64,000 nt of DNA from Thecamonas trahens ATCC 50062 (lineage: Eukaryota; Protista; Apusomonadida), in assembly GCF_000142905.1 (NCBI RefSeq), contig NW_013657667.1, forward strand, positions 440,801 to 504,800, given 5' to 3'. The notes beneath the pieces were generated by a model, which worked only from the letters and a program-made list of their open reading frames with translations, was not told the origin of the DNA and did not search any database. How positions within the stretch are numbered: position 1 is the first letter of the stretch; every line of letters starts with the position of its first letter. Shown here in pieces: positions 34,508-44,296 of this stretch. The translations under genes were made by a program, and so were the position numbers.

Positions 34508-35051
34508 GGCCGACGGAGAAGAACCAAGTCGAGTGACCGCCACAAGGGTTCGGTCGCAATCGGTAATCAAGCAATTCGTGCGTCATTCGAGAACAAACAG
34601 CAGGAGGTGGGGGGTGGGGGGTGGCTGGGTGGAAAAAAATTGATTGGCCAACCCGTTGCTGCTTCGCTTCGTTCAACTCGTTCTGTGAATGGCGACTACG
34701 GTCCAAATTATGCCAGCGAAGGACACATTTCTATTCGACTAGGTACGTACTGGCACGATAGCAAGGCGCGGACTGAACCCATCACCACACCCACTACTGC
34801 CCCCACCACCACCACCACCACTCGGAGCATGCATACACTGTATGCACTCCGCCAACATGGGTGTGGGGCCTTGGCGAGGAAGGCAAGAGTGGGAGCAGGG
34901 AGTGTGTGGCGGTGGCCAACACGGATTGTTTGATTTCCGTGTTTGTATGACTTTGTCGCATGCTGGGAGACGGGGAGGATGGGCATGGTGCAGAGCGGGA
35001 TGACTCACAGCAAGACGTGGTGATTACAGTCGAGGAACTTCACAACCAAAC

Positions 35052-35501
35052 ATGGCTGAGAACGGAGACGTCGTTGCTATTGACACCGAGGTGATGGAGG
35101 AGGTTGAGCAGGTTGAGACCGGCCCCATGGACCCCATGGACGCCCTCAAGGTCGTCCTGCGCAACGCGCTCATCCACGACGGGCTCGCCCGCGGCCTCCG
35201 CGAGGCTGTCCGCGCCCTGGACCGCAAGGAGGCCCACCTGTGCCTCCTCGCCTCCAACTGCTCGGAGCCGGCGTACACCAAGCTCGTCTCGGCACTCTGC
35301 AACGAGCACCAGATCCAGCTCATCCAGGTGGAGTCGAACAAGGAGCTCGGCCTCTGGGCCGGCCTCTGCAAGCTCGACGCCGAGGGCCAGCCCCGCAAGG
35401 AGGTTGCCTGCTCGTGCGTGGTCATCCGTGACTACGGCGTCCAGTCGCACGCCCTTGACGTCCTCCAGGAGTACCTCAAGGCCCAGCAGGACGAGGAGTA
35501 A
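35052..35501 (+). CDS. RPS12: 40S ribosomal protein S12 (eS12)
   Basis: [27 protein letters not shown]...[31 protein letters not shown]. Confidence 0.97.
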   Translation: MAENGDVVAIDTEVMEEVEQVETGPMDPMDALKVVLRNALIHDGLARGLREAVRALDRKEAHLCLLASNCSEPAYTKLVSALCNEHQIQLIQVESNKELGLWAGLCKLDAEGQPRKEVACSCVVIRDYGVQSHALDVLQEYLKAQQDEE

Positions 35502-35714
35502 GCGCTGCAGCACGTCCTGCAGCCCTGCCGCCGCTGTCGCCTTGAATGGTCGACACGCTGTGTGGCGCTTGGGGTTGTGGGTGTGTTAAACCGACTCATC
35601 ATCGATCAACTGTCAGCCCTCTCGCTCCCTCCCCATCGATCTCCTTGTCCCCAACACTGCGCTGTTGCCGTGGTGGTTGCACACGGCTTGGCGCCAAACA
35701 GAGCACCCGTCGAC

Positions 35715-35821
35715 TGCACCCACACACTCCACCACACACACACATACACACACATACACACACACACACGCATACATACATACATACATACATACGCATA
35801 CATACATACCTACACATACTC
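35715..35821 (+). repeat. (CA)n/(CATA)n microsatellite immediately upstream of the kinesin ATG
   Basis: Read directly from the sequence. Confidence 0.85.
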
Positions 35822-37669
35822 ATGTCGGTCCACCAGCTGCGATACTCGCGCACAGCAGGCACGGCTCCGCAGGCCAACACCAACAACGCCTCGGAAAGGG
35901 TCAAGGTCGTTCTCCGCGTCCGCCCCACCATCGACGAGGACCTCTCCAACGCACGGACGCAAGATGATCTGGTGGTGGGCGTCAAGGTGGCAGCAAACAA
36001 CAGGGCCATCTCGCTCAGCCAGCCGCTGTTTGACTCGCGCGAGTTCCGCGCCGACGCCGTCCTGGGCCCGCAGGCGACCCAGGATGACATGTATGCCGCC
36101 GTCGCCGCGCCCGTCGTCGACCAGGTCCTTGCAGGCTTCAACGGCACCGTCATGGCGTACGGGCAGACGGGCTCGGGCAAGACGTACACCGTGTTTGGGC
36201 CCGAAGAGACCGTGGAGCGGAGCGGCGATCCAAACTACTTTGAAAAGTGCGGCGTCATTCCGCGGGCTATCGACCACGTCTTTGAGCACATCAACGCGTG
36301 CAAGGAGACGACCGAGTTCCGCGTCGCCATCTCGTGCCTTGAGATCTACATGGAGTATGTCATGGACCTGTTTGACCTCGACAAGGCCAACATGGCTGTC
36401 CGTGAGGACCCCGAGTCCGGCGTCTTTGTCGAGGGCATGCAGCGCATCGCCGTCGCCTCGCCCTTTGACGCCCTCGTCCTCATCCAGGAGGCCTTCAAGA
36501 ATCGCGCCATTTCGCAGACGTACATGAACAAGACGTCGTCGCGCTCGCATGTCATCGTCTTCATCTCGGTCGAGCAGCGCCCCATCGCGCCGCTTCCCGG
36601 CTCGCCCAACGCCGGCGGCCTTCGCCCGGTCAAGTCCGGCCTCCTCACCCTCGTCGACCTTGCAGGCTCGGAGCGGGTCTCAAAGTCCGGCTCAGACGGC
36701 CAGCGCCTTCGCGAGGCTAAGCGCATCAACCAGTCGCTCTGTGCGCTCGGAAACTGCGTCGCCGCCCTCTCCGAGCGCAAGCCCGACCGCCACATCCCCT
36801 ACCGCAACTGTAAGCTCACCCGCATCCTTACAGACTCGCTCGGCGGCAACACCAAGACCTGCCTTGTCGCCACAATCTGCCCCACCGTCTACAACTACGA
36901 AGAGTCCATCTCCACCTGCCTTTTTGCCACCCGCGCCATGTCAGTTCGGACCCGCGCGCGCGTCAACGTCACCGACGCCTTCTCCGGCGAGCCGCCCAAG
37001 CCGATACAGCAGGCGCTGCCGCTCCCGCCCGCTCTCGCTGCCTCGTCCTCGTTTGATCGCAACCTCGCTGCCCGAACCTACTCGCCGCCGCCGAGCTCAG
37101 CCCGCAAGTCGCGCGCTCCCGCCGCTGCTGGCGGCGCTACCTCGGCCGGAGCGCTAGAGCCCGAGTACGAGTACTACGAAGAGGAGGTCGTCCTCGGCGA
37201 CGATGAGGTCCAGCTCCTCGCCTCCACTGGCCGCACCACGGGTCTTACCACGATCCACCCCTCCTTGCGCTCCTCGGGCTTGCTCGCCTCGCCGGCTCGC
37301 GCAGACTCGCGCGAGCTCATCGCCGCTAACCGTGCTCTCCGCTCGCAGGTGGCCAACCTCGAAGCCGCGCTCTCCGCCGACGTCGTTCCCAAGTCGCACA
37401 TCGACGAGCTGTGGAAGAAGCGCGAGCACGAGCTCGTCGCCAAGTTTACCCGCATCATCACCCACATGCAGTCTCAGATCGAGAAGCAGGCTGCCACCAT
37501 TGTCTCGCTCCAGCAGCGCCTCGACGCCGCCGCGGCTCCAGCCGCCCCGCCCGCGGCCTCGCCCGCACGCTCAGATGGCGACATTGAGCAGCTTGTCGCT
37601 GGCCTCCTCTCCATCCCTTCCATCCGCACCAAGCTCCAGACACACATCGCCGCCACGCCCGGCTCGTGA
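35822..37669 (+). CDS. Kinesin motor protein (N-terminal motor, short C-terminal coiled coil)
   Basis: RVKVVLRVRP, P-loop GQTGSGKT, switch I SSRSH, switch II DLAGSE, HIPYR...LTRILTDSLGGN. Confidence 0.95.
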   Translation: MSVHQLRYSRTAGTAPQANTNNASERVKVVLRVRPTIDEDLSNARTQDDLVVGVKVAANNRAISLSQPLFDSREFRADAVLGPQATQDDMYAAVAAPVVDQVLAGFNGTVMAYGQTGSGKTYTVFGPEETVERSGDPNYFEKCGVIPRAIDHVFEHINACKETTEFRVAISCLEIYMEYVMDLFDLDKANMAVREDPESGVFVEGMQRIAVASPFDALVLIQEAFKNRAISQTYMNKTSSRSHVIVFISVEQRPIAPLPGSPNAGGLRPVKSGLLTLVDLAGSERVSKSGSDGQRLREAKRINQSLCALGNCVAALSERKPDRHIPYRNCKLTRILTDSLGGNTKTCLVATICPTVYNYEESISTCLFATRAMSVRTRARVNVTDAFSGEPPKPIQQALPLPPALAASSSFDRNLAARTYSPPPSSARKSRAPAAAGGATSAGALEPEYEYYEEEVVLGDDEVQLLASTGRTTGLTTIHPSLRSSGLLASPARADSRELIAANRALRSQVANLEAALSADVVPKSHIDELWKKREHELVAKFTRIITHMQSQIEKQAATIVSLQQRLDAAAAPAAPPAASPARSDGDIEQLVAGLLSIPSIRTKLQTHIAATPGS

Positions 37670-37703
37670 CAACGTCCGCCTTTCGTTCCCCAAATCCGCC
37701 CCA

Positions 37704-38663
37704 ATGAAAGCAACCAGTCTGATCGCGAACAGCGCGACTGCTCGCCAGCTGACTCGTGCCCTCCGCTCCACCATCAACACTCCCCACCCGTCCATGCTCG
37801 GCTTTAATACTTCGCGATCACTTCCTGCACCGCACACGCTAGCACTCGAGCCGATGCCTTCGTCGTCTGCCTCGCATGGCCAGTCGCGCGGAGGCTTCCT
37901 GGCGGCAGGTGGTGTCGGAAAAAGCCGCAGTTTGACTGATCGGCAAAGACGCGCCGATCAACCGCTTCCGCCATCGCCACGGGAGCGAAAGCGGAAGCGG
38001 ACACTGCTGCGGCAGGCGACAAGCCCACCATCAGGCTCGCAAATGACCCAGCCGACCCAGCTAGTCACCCACATGGGACAGCTCTCGCCGCTCTCCCAGC
38101 TATCGGCCAAGCTCTCGGCGCTCCAGGATCCGCCACTCCGCGGCGCGTCTGCCGTCGTCCCCTCGCACCCTCTCCCGTCGACGAGCGCGAGCTTTGCGCC
38201 TCGGCCGCGGCCGGCAAGCACCAGCTCGCTTCGCCGGCTCTCGATGGGCGCTACGCCGCCGGATAGTCAGGCGGCGCTCAGCGGCGAGGCCGGGTCGGCG
38301 CGAGCCGGACGGACCACGAGCGCGCTGCTGGTCGAGCTGGCGCCATCGCACGATGTGGCCGACTCGTTGCTGTTTATGCGCGAGCAGATGGTGGCACTCG
38401 GGAAAAGAATGCAGCGGCTGGAGGATGCTGTTGCGAGCCTCTCGTCCACTGCTAGTTGTCACCGACGAGGTGACGACGATGTTGACCAAGAATCGTCCGG
38501 CTCGTCGACCCGCGGCGGGAGCGACGACGATGACGATGGAAGCGGCCGGCGCGCGCCCGAGCTCGCCAACGACGACGACCCCATCGCTGCCCAGCACACG
38601 CACGCCCTCAAGCGCCGCATCGAGCTCATCATCCGCAAGCACCACTCTGAGGTGGGACGGTAG
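37704..38663 (+). CDS. Hypothetical Ser/Pro-rich protein with a short C-terminal coiled coil (start uncertain)
   Basis: Open frame filling the space between the kinesin and XRN genes; helical segment LLFMREQMVALGKRMQRLEDAV. Confidence 0.5.
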   Translation: MKATSLIANSATARQLTRALRSTINTPHPSMLGFNTSRSLPAPHTLALEPMPSSSASHGQSRGGFLAAGGVGKSRSLTDRQRRADQPLPPSPRERKRKRTLLRQATSPPSGSQMTQPTQLVTHMGQLSPLSQLSAKLSALQDPPLRGASAVVPSHPLPSTSASFAPRPRPASTSSLRRLSMGATPPDSQAALSGEAGSARAGRTTSALLVELAPSHDVADSLLFMREQMVALGKRMQRLEDAVASLSSTASCHRRGDDDVDQESSGSSTRGGSDDDDDGSGRRAPELANDDDPIAAQHTHALKRRIELIIRKHHSEVGR

Positions 38664-38683
38664 CGACGGGCTGTAAACTCTGC

Positions 38684-40843
38684 TCAGGACCGCAGTGCCC
38701 GGCCGCGCCACATGACCAGGGAGACAACCGCACCGGCTATGGCCGCCGCGCCGACCGCCACAAGCGCACCCGACACCCACGGCGAGGCTAGCAGCGAGGG
38801 GCGGAGGACGATGATCGGCGCGTGAGGGTCATGCAGAGGAACAAGTGAGTCAGGCGAGGCCGTCCGACGCGGCGTGCACGCGTGGCCGACTACGTCGGCC
38901 TTGTCGCAATTGCTGCACAGCAGTGCCGGCCTCACAATCGGGACGCACTGCTTGGCGCGGTGACCCTTGCCACCGCAGCCAAAGCAGCGAACCGGCAGAC
39001 TGCCGCATGTGAGCTCGCCACGCTTGGCCGCAAGCTCGCGCTCGTGCAGCGCAACTACCGGCCACGGGTCGGCGCCGGGCAGCGTGCCGACGACCACTTG
39101 AGACGGGGCTAGCGACGGCGGCACAAAGGCGTACTCGTCAACGGCCGTTGTGGCAACCATGCAGTGTGCCACCGGCGCGTTCTGCAACAGGCCGCTGATG
39201 TCGCCGCCGCCTGGCAGCAAAATCGCGCGCGTCTCGCCGTCGAACCGCACGCCGCCGCTGGCAAGTGATGCGTACAGCCGCGCCTCGCCGCGGGTGTTGC
39301 GCTTGGCGGCAGTTGGCGAGAGCGGCGAGCGCGCCAGCGCGTCAGCCGCTGCGTCTGCCACCGCCTGCACGTCCACTGCCGGCAGAAGCGGGATGGCCTG
39401 CCAGTCGCGCGACCGCGCGTCGGCGTCGCGGTCAAAGCGCACCGGGTACATGTGCGAGATCGGCGAGTCACGCGCAGTCATTAGGTCTGCCAGCTGCGGC
39501 GGAAGTGCCGCGTCTGCGGACGATGGCGGAAGGACACACATCAGCTGGAGTAGCGCAGGCAGCGGCGCACCAAGTTGAGCGGGATCCAGGGCGAGTGCGT
39601 CTGCGATCGACGCATCGCGGGTGGCCGCCGCCATGTCTGCCACCAGCGGCGCGTGCGGGAATGGGTAGTGCCAGTTCCACGACGGCACGCCGCGAACGTA
39701 GTAGGCGAGTGTCCATGCGAGACCGCACAGGTACTCTCGGGCCATGCGCGTCGCCAGCGCTGCCTGCTCGGCATCGCTGTCGATCCGGTACCGGACCCGG
39801 TAGTACTCGGCAGCCCACGAGTGCGAGGCGTCAAACTGATCGGCCAGGTACGCTGCCTCGGCCGAGGCCAGCGCGGTGAGGAAGATGCCCAGCCGCGACG
39901 GACAGATAGAGCCGGGCAAGTCCGTGCCTGCCGGTGACGAGATGAATCCGCCCATGAGCGGTAGCGAGGCAAGGTACGCGGTGACAAGCGTGTTGAGCCC
40001 GCCAAAGTACGCGTCGAGCGTCGGCGCCCTAGGCAGAAAGTCGTTGCCGACCAGCATGAGCACAAGCACAAAGTCGGTGATAGCGGCCGAGGAGTCAAAG
40101 GCAAAGGGGAGGCGATCGGCGGCGTCCTGGCCAAGCACTGCTGCCAGAGTGGCCCGCAGCGTAGCGATGTTGACCAGTGTCATTGGCGGAAGAGTTGGAG
40201 CGATGGCTGCCGACCTCGCCGACCGGCGCTGCGGCTTCTCACGGAGGACGTAGACATGGCGCTCGCCGGTGAGGAGCGAGAGGAAAAACATGTCTGCATC
40301 CGAGCCGTAGATGACATGGACGAGGTTGGGATCGTAGCCCGGCGCTGCGCGCTGGCCGCGGATAAACTCCATGATCTTGTGCTCGCCCTCGCCCGGAACT
40401 GACGAGTCCGAGACGATAAAAGTGAGATGAGCATACTTTGCGATGGCAGCGAGCTCGGCAGCGAGTCTATGGCTCATGGCCTCAACACCCTCCATGAACG
40501 GTGTGCCCGGAGTAATGAGGTTCGAGTCAAAGTCGCTGCGGCGCCAGGCCGGCTCATCGGCGGCATCGTCGGCCTTGACAAACCGGCGGCCGCGCTGCTG
40601 AACCATCTTGGCGCGCGGAGCGACACCATCGAGAGCAAAGTAGACGAGCTGACTCGGAGCAATGCGATCGATGAGCCCGGTGATGTAGGCCTTGATAGCC
40701 TCTGGCGTCCTCGCGTTGTGGACGACACCGTTCATGTCGAGATACAGCCGGCCAGCGGCAACCTTTGCCGTCTTTGCCCGACATGGCTCAAAGGCCTTCT
40801 TGCACTTGTTCTCCAGCCACTTTGCCAATCCAGGAACACCCAT
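38684..40843 (-). CDS. Compact XRN-family 5'-3' exoribonuclease (719 aa) with a CCHC zinc knuckle and a C-terminal transmembrane tail
   Basis: MGVPGLAKWL, LYLDMNGVVH, ALDGVAPRAKMVQQRGRRF, FDSNLITPGTPFM, PGEGEHKIMEFIR, YGSDADM, VGNDFLP, YVRGVPSWNWHYPFPHAP, QLMCVLPP. Knuckle CFGCGGKGHRAKQC. Tail WVSGALVAVGAAAIAGAVVSLVMW-RGRALRS*. Confidence 0.93.
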   Translation of the reverse strand: MGVPGLAKWLENKCKKAFEPCRAKTAKVAAGRLYLDMNGVVHNARTPEAIKAYITGLIDRIAPSQLVYFALDGVAPRAKMVQQRGRRFVKADDAADEPAWRRSDFDSNLITPGTPFMEGVEAMSHRLAAELAAIAKYAHLTFIVSDSSVPGEGEHKIMEFIRGQRAAPGYDPNLVHVIYGSDADMFFLSLLTGERHVYVLREKPQRRSARSAAIAPTLPPMTLVNIATLRATLAAVLGQDAADRLPFAFDSSAAITDFVLVLMLVGNDFLPRAPTLDAYFGGLNTLVTAYLASLPLMGGFISSPAGTDLPGSICPSRLGIFLTALASAEAAYLADQFDASHSWAAEYYRVRYRIDSDAEQAALATRMAREYLCGLAWTLAYYVRGVPSWNWHYPFPHAPLVADMAAATRDASIADALALDPAQLGAPLPALLQLMCVLPPSSADAALPPQLADLMTARDSPISHMYPVRFDRDADARSRDWQAIPLLPAVDVQAVADAAADALARSPLSPTAAKRNTRGEARLYASLASGGVRFDGETRAILLPGGGDISGLLQNAPVAHCMVATTAVDEYAFVPPSLAPSQVVVGTLPGADPWPVVALHERELAAKRGELTCGSLPVRCFGCGGKGHRAKQCVPIVRPALLCSNCDKADVVGHACTPRRTASPDSLVPLHDPHAPIIVLRPSLLASPWVSGALVAVGAAAIAGAVVSLVMWRGRALRS

Positions 40844-41195
40844 ACCACTACGTACGAGGTCCTCGAGGTAGAAAGTCCTCGACGAGTGTCTCACTTGCTC
40901 CAATCGAACGTCTCTATCTGGTCTCGGTAGTCTGCTGACTCGACACAGTGCCAGCCAATGGAAGCACACGCTCCAAGCCCATCTCTTCGAATCTGTCTCT
41001 CCGAACCAAACCTTGCCCTGATGGTCACAACGCGCCATTTGTTGGTCACGCGTTTTCCTTTTTGGCTGGCTGCCTGTGTGGTGGTGGAAGGGGGGAGGGG
41101 GGGGGGGCAGTGCCAGCAGCCGGCAGTCGGCAGTTGCTGATGGCGAGCAGTACTTGTCTGTTGCGTGAGAGTCAGGACTGTGTGGCAGGGGCACG

Positions 41196-42231
41196 ATGGA
41201 CGACATGGTGGAGGAGGAGTTTGACAGTATGTCTTTGCGGAGGGAAGAGGGGGGGAGGGAGGGAGGGAGGGAGGAGGGTGTGTGTGTGGGGGGGGGGGGG
41301 GAGGGGGGGGGAAGGCAGACGCGTGGGGTGGAGGGAAGGTGGTGGTGGGTGGTGGTGGCCTGGACTGTACTCATGGACGACATGGATGGGACTTTGTGCA
41401 TGTGTGTATGTGTGTATGTGTATGTGTGTGTGTGTATATATATGTGTGTGTGTGTGTGCGATCGCGTGGGTTGCTCGGGCTGATGGCGATGGCGTATGGT
41501 GGACGGGTGGACGGGTGGGCTGGTCGGACTGGTCGGACTGGTCGGACTGGGCGGACTTGGGGGGGGGGGGGGATACAATAGCCGAGGTCAAGGTCATTGT
41601 GGTGGGCAATGGAGGCGTGGGCAAGACGTCGATGATTCGGAGAGTGGCCCGCGGACTCTTCACCGACAACTACCGCAAGACGATAGGAGTTGACTTTCTG
41701 GAGAAGAGCATGTACATCGAGTCGCTGGGTGAGGAGGTCCGGCTGATGCTATGGGATACGGCAGGACAGGAGGAGTTTGATGCTGTGACACGGACTTACT
41801 ACCGCGGAGCTGGTGCATGCGTCTACGCCTTTTCCACTACGGATCGCGACTCGTTCGAGGCCATCCGATCGTGGCGGGCAAAGGTCGAGGCCGAGGCGCC
41901 AGGCATTGCCGCCGTGCTGGTGCAGAACAAAGTTGATTTGCTCGACTCGTCGGTGGTGACACCCGACGAGGCCGAGGCCCTGGCACAGGAGCTTCGGCTT
42001 AAGTTCTACCGCATCTCGGTCAAGGACGACGTCAACGTCCGGCCCATGTTTGAATATCTGGTGGAGGCGGCGGTGGCCAAGGCGCGGACGGCCGTAGTGC
42101 CCGGACAGACCAACATGGACTTTCTTTCACCAGCCCAAGTCCAGGCCGAGAAGCAGTCGTTTGCCGTCCAGCCGACCCGCGGCAAGAAGCGGACGACCTC
42201 GTCGTCCAAGTCGTTTTGCACCTTGCTCTGA
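41196..42231 (+). CDS. RAB23: Rab23 small GTPase; exons 41196-41226 and 41582-42231
   Basis: Spliced product MDDMVEEEFDTEVKVIVVGNGGVGKTS...YRKTIGVDFLE...RLMLWDTAGQEEFDAVTRTYYRGA...FSTTDRDSF...VQNKVDL. CaaX box CTLL. GTATGT...ATAG intron. Confidence 0.93.
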
Positions 42232-42287
42232 AGCGCGTGCTCACAGGAAGCGACTCTATGTCACCGATGGCGTATGCGAGGAGAGGG

Positions 42288-42330
42288 AAGAAGAAGAAGA
42301 AGAAGAAGAAGAAGAAGAAGAAGAAGAAAG
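42288..42330 (+). repeat. (GAA)n trinucleotide repeat
   Basis: Read directly; lies just before a gap. Confidence 0.9.
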
Positions 42331-42379
42331 AAGGAGATGCAAAGGAGAAGAAGGGAGAGGAGGAGAAAGAGATAAACAT

Positions 42380-42479
42380 NNNNNNNNNNNNNNNNNNNNN
42401 NNNNNNNNNNNNNNNNNNNNNNNNNNNNNNNNNNNNNNNNNNNNNNNNNNNNNNNNNNNNNNNNNNNNNNNNNNNNNNN
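42380..42479. other. Assembly gap (N run)
   Basis: Run of 100 N. Confidence 1.
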
Positions 42480-42587
42480 CCCCTAAATCCCACCGCTCAA
42501 ATCGCCTGACCCCTCCCTCGCCCGCCCGACCCCACCCCTCTCACCTCCGCCCCCCCCCTCCCCCCCCCCCCCCCTCGAGCAGCAACC

Positions 42588-44210
42588 ATGGGCGACAGCT
42601 ACTCCGAGGCGATGGTGCGGAGTGTGCGGACACCACAGAGGAAGACCGGACAGGGACTGCGGGGCCGACCGCAGACGCCCACCCAGCGGCATGTGGAGGA
42701 GGTGGTGGCCGCGAGCCACCCTCTGGACTTGACGGCCGACCAGTTGGCGGCACTGCCACGGCGGACGGCGGACGAGCTGCGCACTCTCCGGGCTACACTC
42801 CGCAAGGCGTGCGAGGAGGCTGACGCGTGGCAGGCAGAGCGGGCAAAACATTTCTTTGTGGCTTCTCCCTCGCCTCATGCCCGCAAGCGGGCTCCGCTCA
42901 CCCTCCCCTCCCACATCACCGCCGCGCTCTCGCCGCTTGGCGAGCTGGCGGCAGCAAGGGCTGGCTACGCGGTGCCGGCTGGCACAAGTCCGCTCCCAGC
43001 TCATCGCTCGGTCGGTGGTCTTGGCCTCGCCTGGCGTGCTCCGCCGGCCAAGGGCGACGAGGTTGTTGCCTCGCTTGTCCGTGACGCCAAGTCGGTCTTG
43101 TCTGATCTCCTCAACCGCCCGCCCGAGCTGGCCGCCATCGAGGCTGCGCTCGGCGTTGGTGAGCTGTATGTGGCCAAGGACGTCGACTCGCGTGGCCGCG
43201 CCATGTGGATGGTGCTGATGGAGGTCTCGATGCGACAGGGCCGGCACGTGGTGGCCTCGGGCGCGCTCATGCTCGGCCGACTGGCCAAGATCGGTCGCCC
43301 GGGCGTGTCGCCGGCCGGGAAGGCTTCGCGGGCGCGCAAGCTTGCCCGGGCCCGCGCAGGCTACCACTCGCCACAGGCAGAGCGGAGTGCAAACTACGCG
43401 GTCCGACCCTTCCGCGAGCTCCCGAATCGCGGTCTGGCCGTCCTCGGCAATGGCGCCGAGTGGCACATCGAGGCCGCGCCGCTGAGCTCGTTCCAGATGG
43501 CGACAATGCGGTCGTCGGTAGTGGCGAGTAGCGGTGCGAGCGCGAGCAGCACGTTGACCGAAAGCGGAGTGCCAGTCGATATCGACGCGTGGACGCCCGA
43601 GCCCGAGGTGCTCGGCGGGAGGGAGGTGCTGGCCGACTCGATCGCGGCGGCGCGGACACTGCTGGCCGACCGCGACACACTCCGGCTGCGGTCGCGAGTC
43701 TGGTTCAAGACTGCCGACACCCAGTCAGCCGGCACGCTCTCACAGGCGGGCGTCCTTCGCTTGCTCACCACCGTGGCGTCTGCGACAGGCATTCCGTTTG
43801 CGCCGCAAACAGTCGACCACATCGTCTCGCCGCTGCCGGGCGCGGTCTCGCTCTCGGCCTTTGAGAGCGCCCTGGAGGCGCTACTCGAACTCGAGCTAGC
43901 GGTGAGGATCCGCGCCCTGGACGCGTCGACCGATTCCCGTGCCGCAAAGCTGCTGGAGGACGAGGACGCGCTGCACGAGCTCGTTCTGGAAGTCTTTCAC
44001 GACTTTGATCTCGCCGGCGCTGGCACGGTCGACGCTGAACACCTCGATGCCATGCTCGGCATCCTCGCTAAGCGAGCTGGACTGCGGACTGCACCGTCGG
44101 CTGGACTCATCTCGCGGGTACTGACCGTGTGTCCTGCACCAGCTTCGGGCATTCTCGGGGTCATGGACCTCTTTCCGATTGTGGTCACGCTGCTGCATCT
44201 GTACGGCTAG
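42588..44210 (+). CDS. Hypothetical 540-aa protein with C-terminal EF-hand-like motifs
   Basis: WFKTADTQSAGTLSQAGVLRLL and VFHDFDLAGAGTVDAEHLDAML resemble degenerate EF-hand loops. Confidence 0.6.
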   Translation: MGDSYSEAMVRSVRTPQRKTGQGLRGRPQTPTQRHVEEVVAASHPLDLTADQLAALPRRTADELRTLRATLRKACEEADAWQAERAKHFFVASPSPHARKRAPLTLPSHITAALSPLGELAAARAGYAVPAGTSPLPAHRSVGGLGLAWRAPPAKGDEVVASLVRDAKSVLSDLLNRPPELAAIEAALGVGELYVAKDVDSRGRAMWMVLMEVSMRQGRHVVASGALMLGRLAKIGRPGVSPAGKASRARKLARARAGYHSPQAERSANYAVRPFRELPNRGLAVLGNGAEWHIEAAPLSSFQMATMRSSVVASSGASASSTLTESGVPVDIDAWTPEPEVLGGREVLADSIAAARTLLADRDTLRLRSRVWFKTADTQSAGTLSQAGVLRLLTTVASATGIPFAPQTVDHIVSPLPGAVSLSAFESALEALLELELAVRIRALDASTDSRAAKLLEDEDALHELVLEVFHDFDLAGAGTVDAEHLDAMLGILAKRAGLRTAPSAGLISRVLTVCPAPASGILGVMDLFPIVVTLLHLYG

Positions 44211-44296
44211 GCTAGCCAGTCGTCCATCGAGTCTAGGCTCCACTCCAACCCACCAAGGGTCACACCTCACAGGGGCTAAAGGAGAAGTTGTGTGTG

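Noticed and set aside
38940-38990. CCHC knuckle as a retroelement gag remnant
   Set aside because: It is in frame within the XRN gene, zinc knuckles occur in XRN2-type proteins, and no LTR, reverse transcriptase or integrase is nearby.
40844-41578. N-terminal extensions given by the ORF track for XRN, Rab23, kinesin, RBBP4 and the 50706 ORF
   Set aside because: They translate microsatellites, introns or promoters. Conserved starts (e.g. MGVP for XRN) or spliced models fit better.
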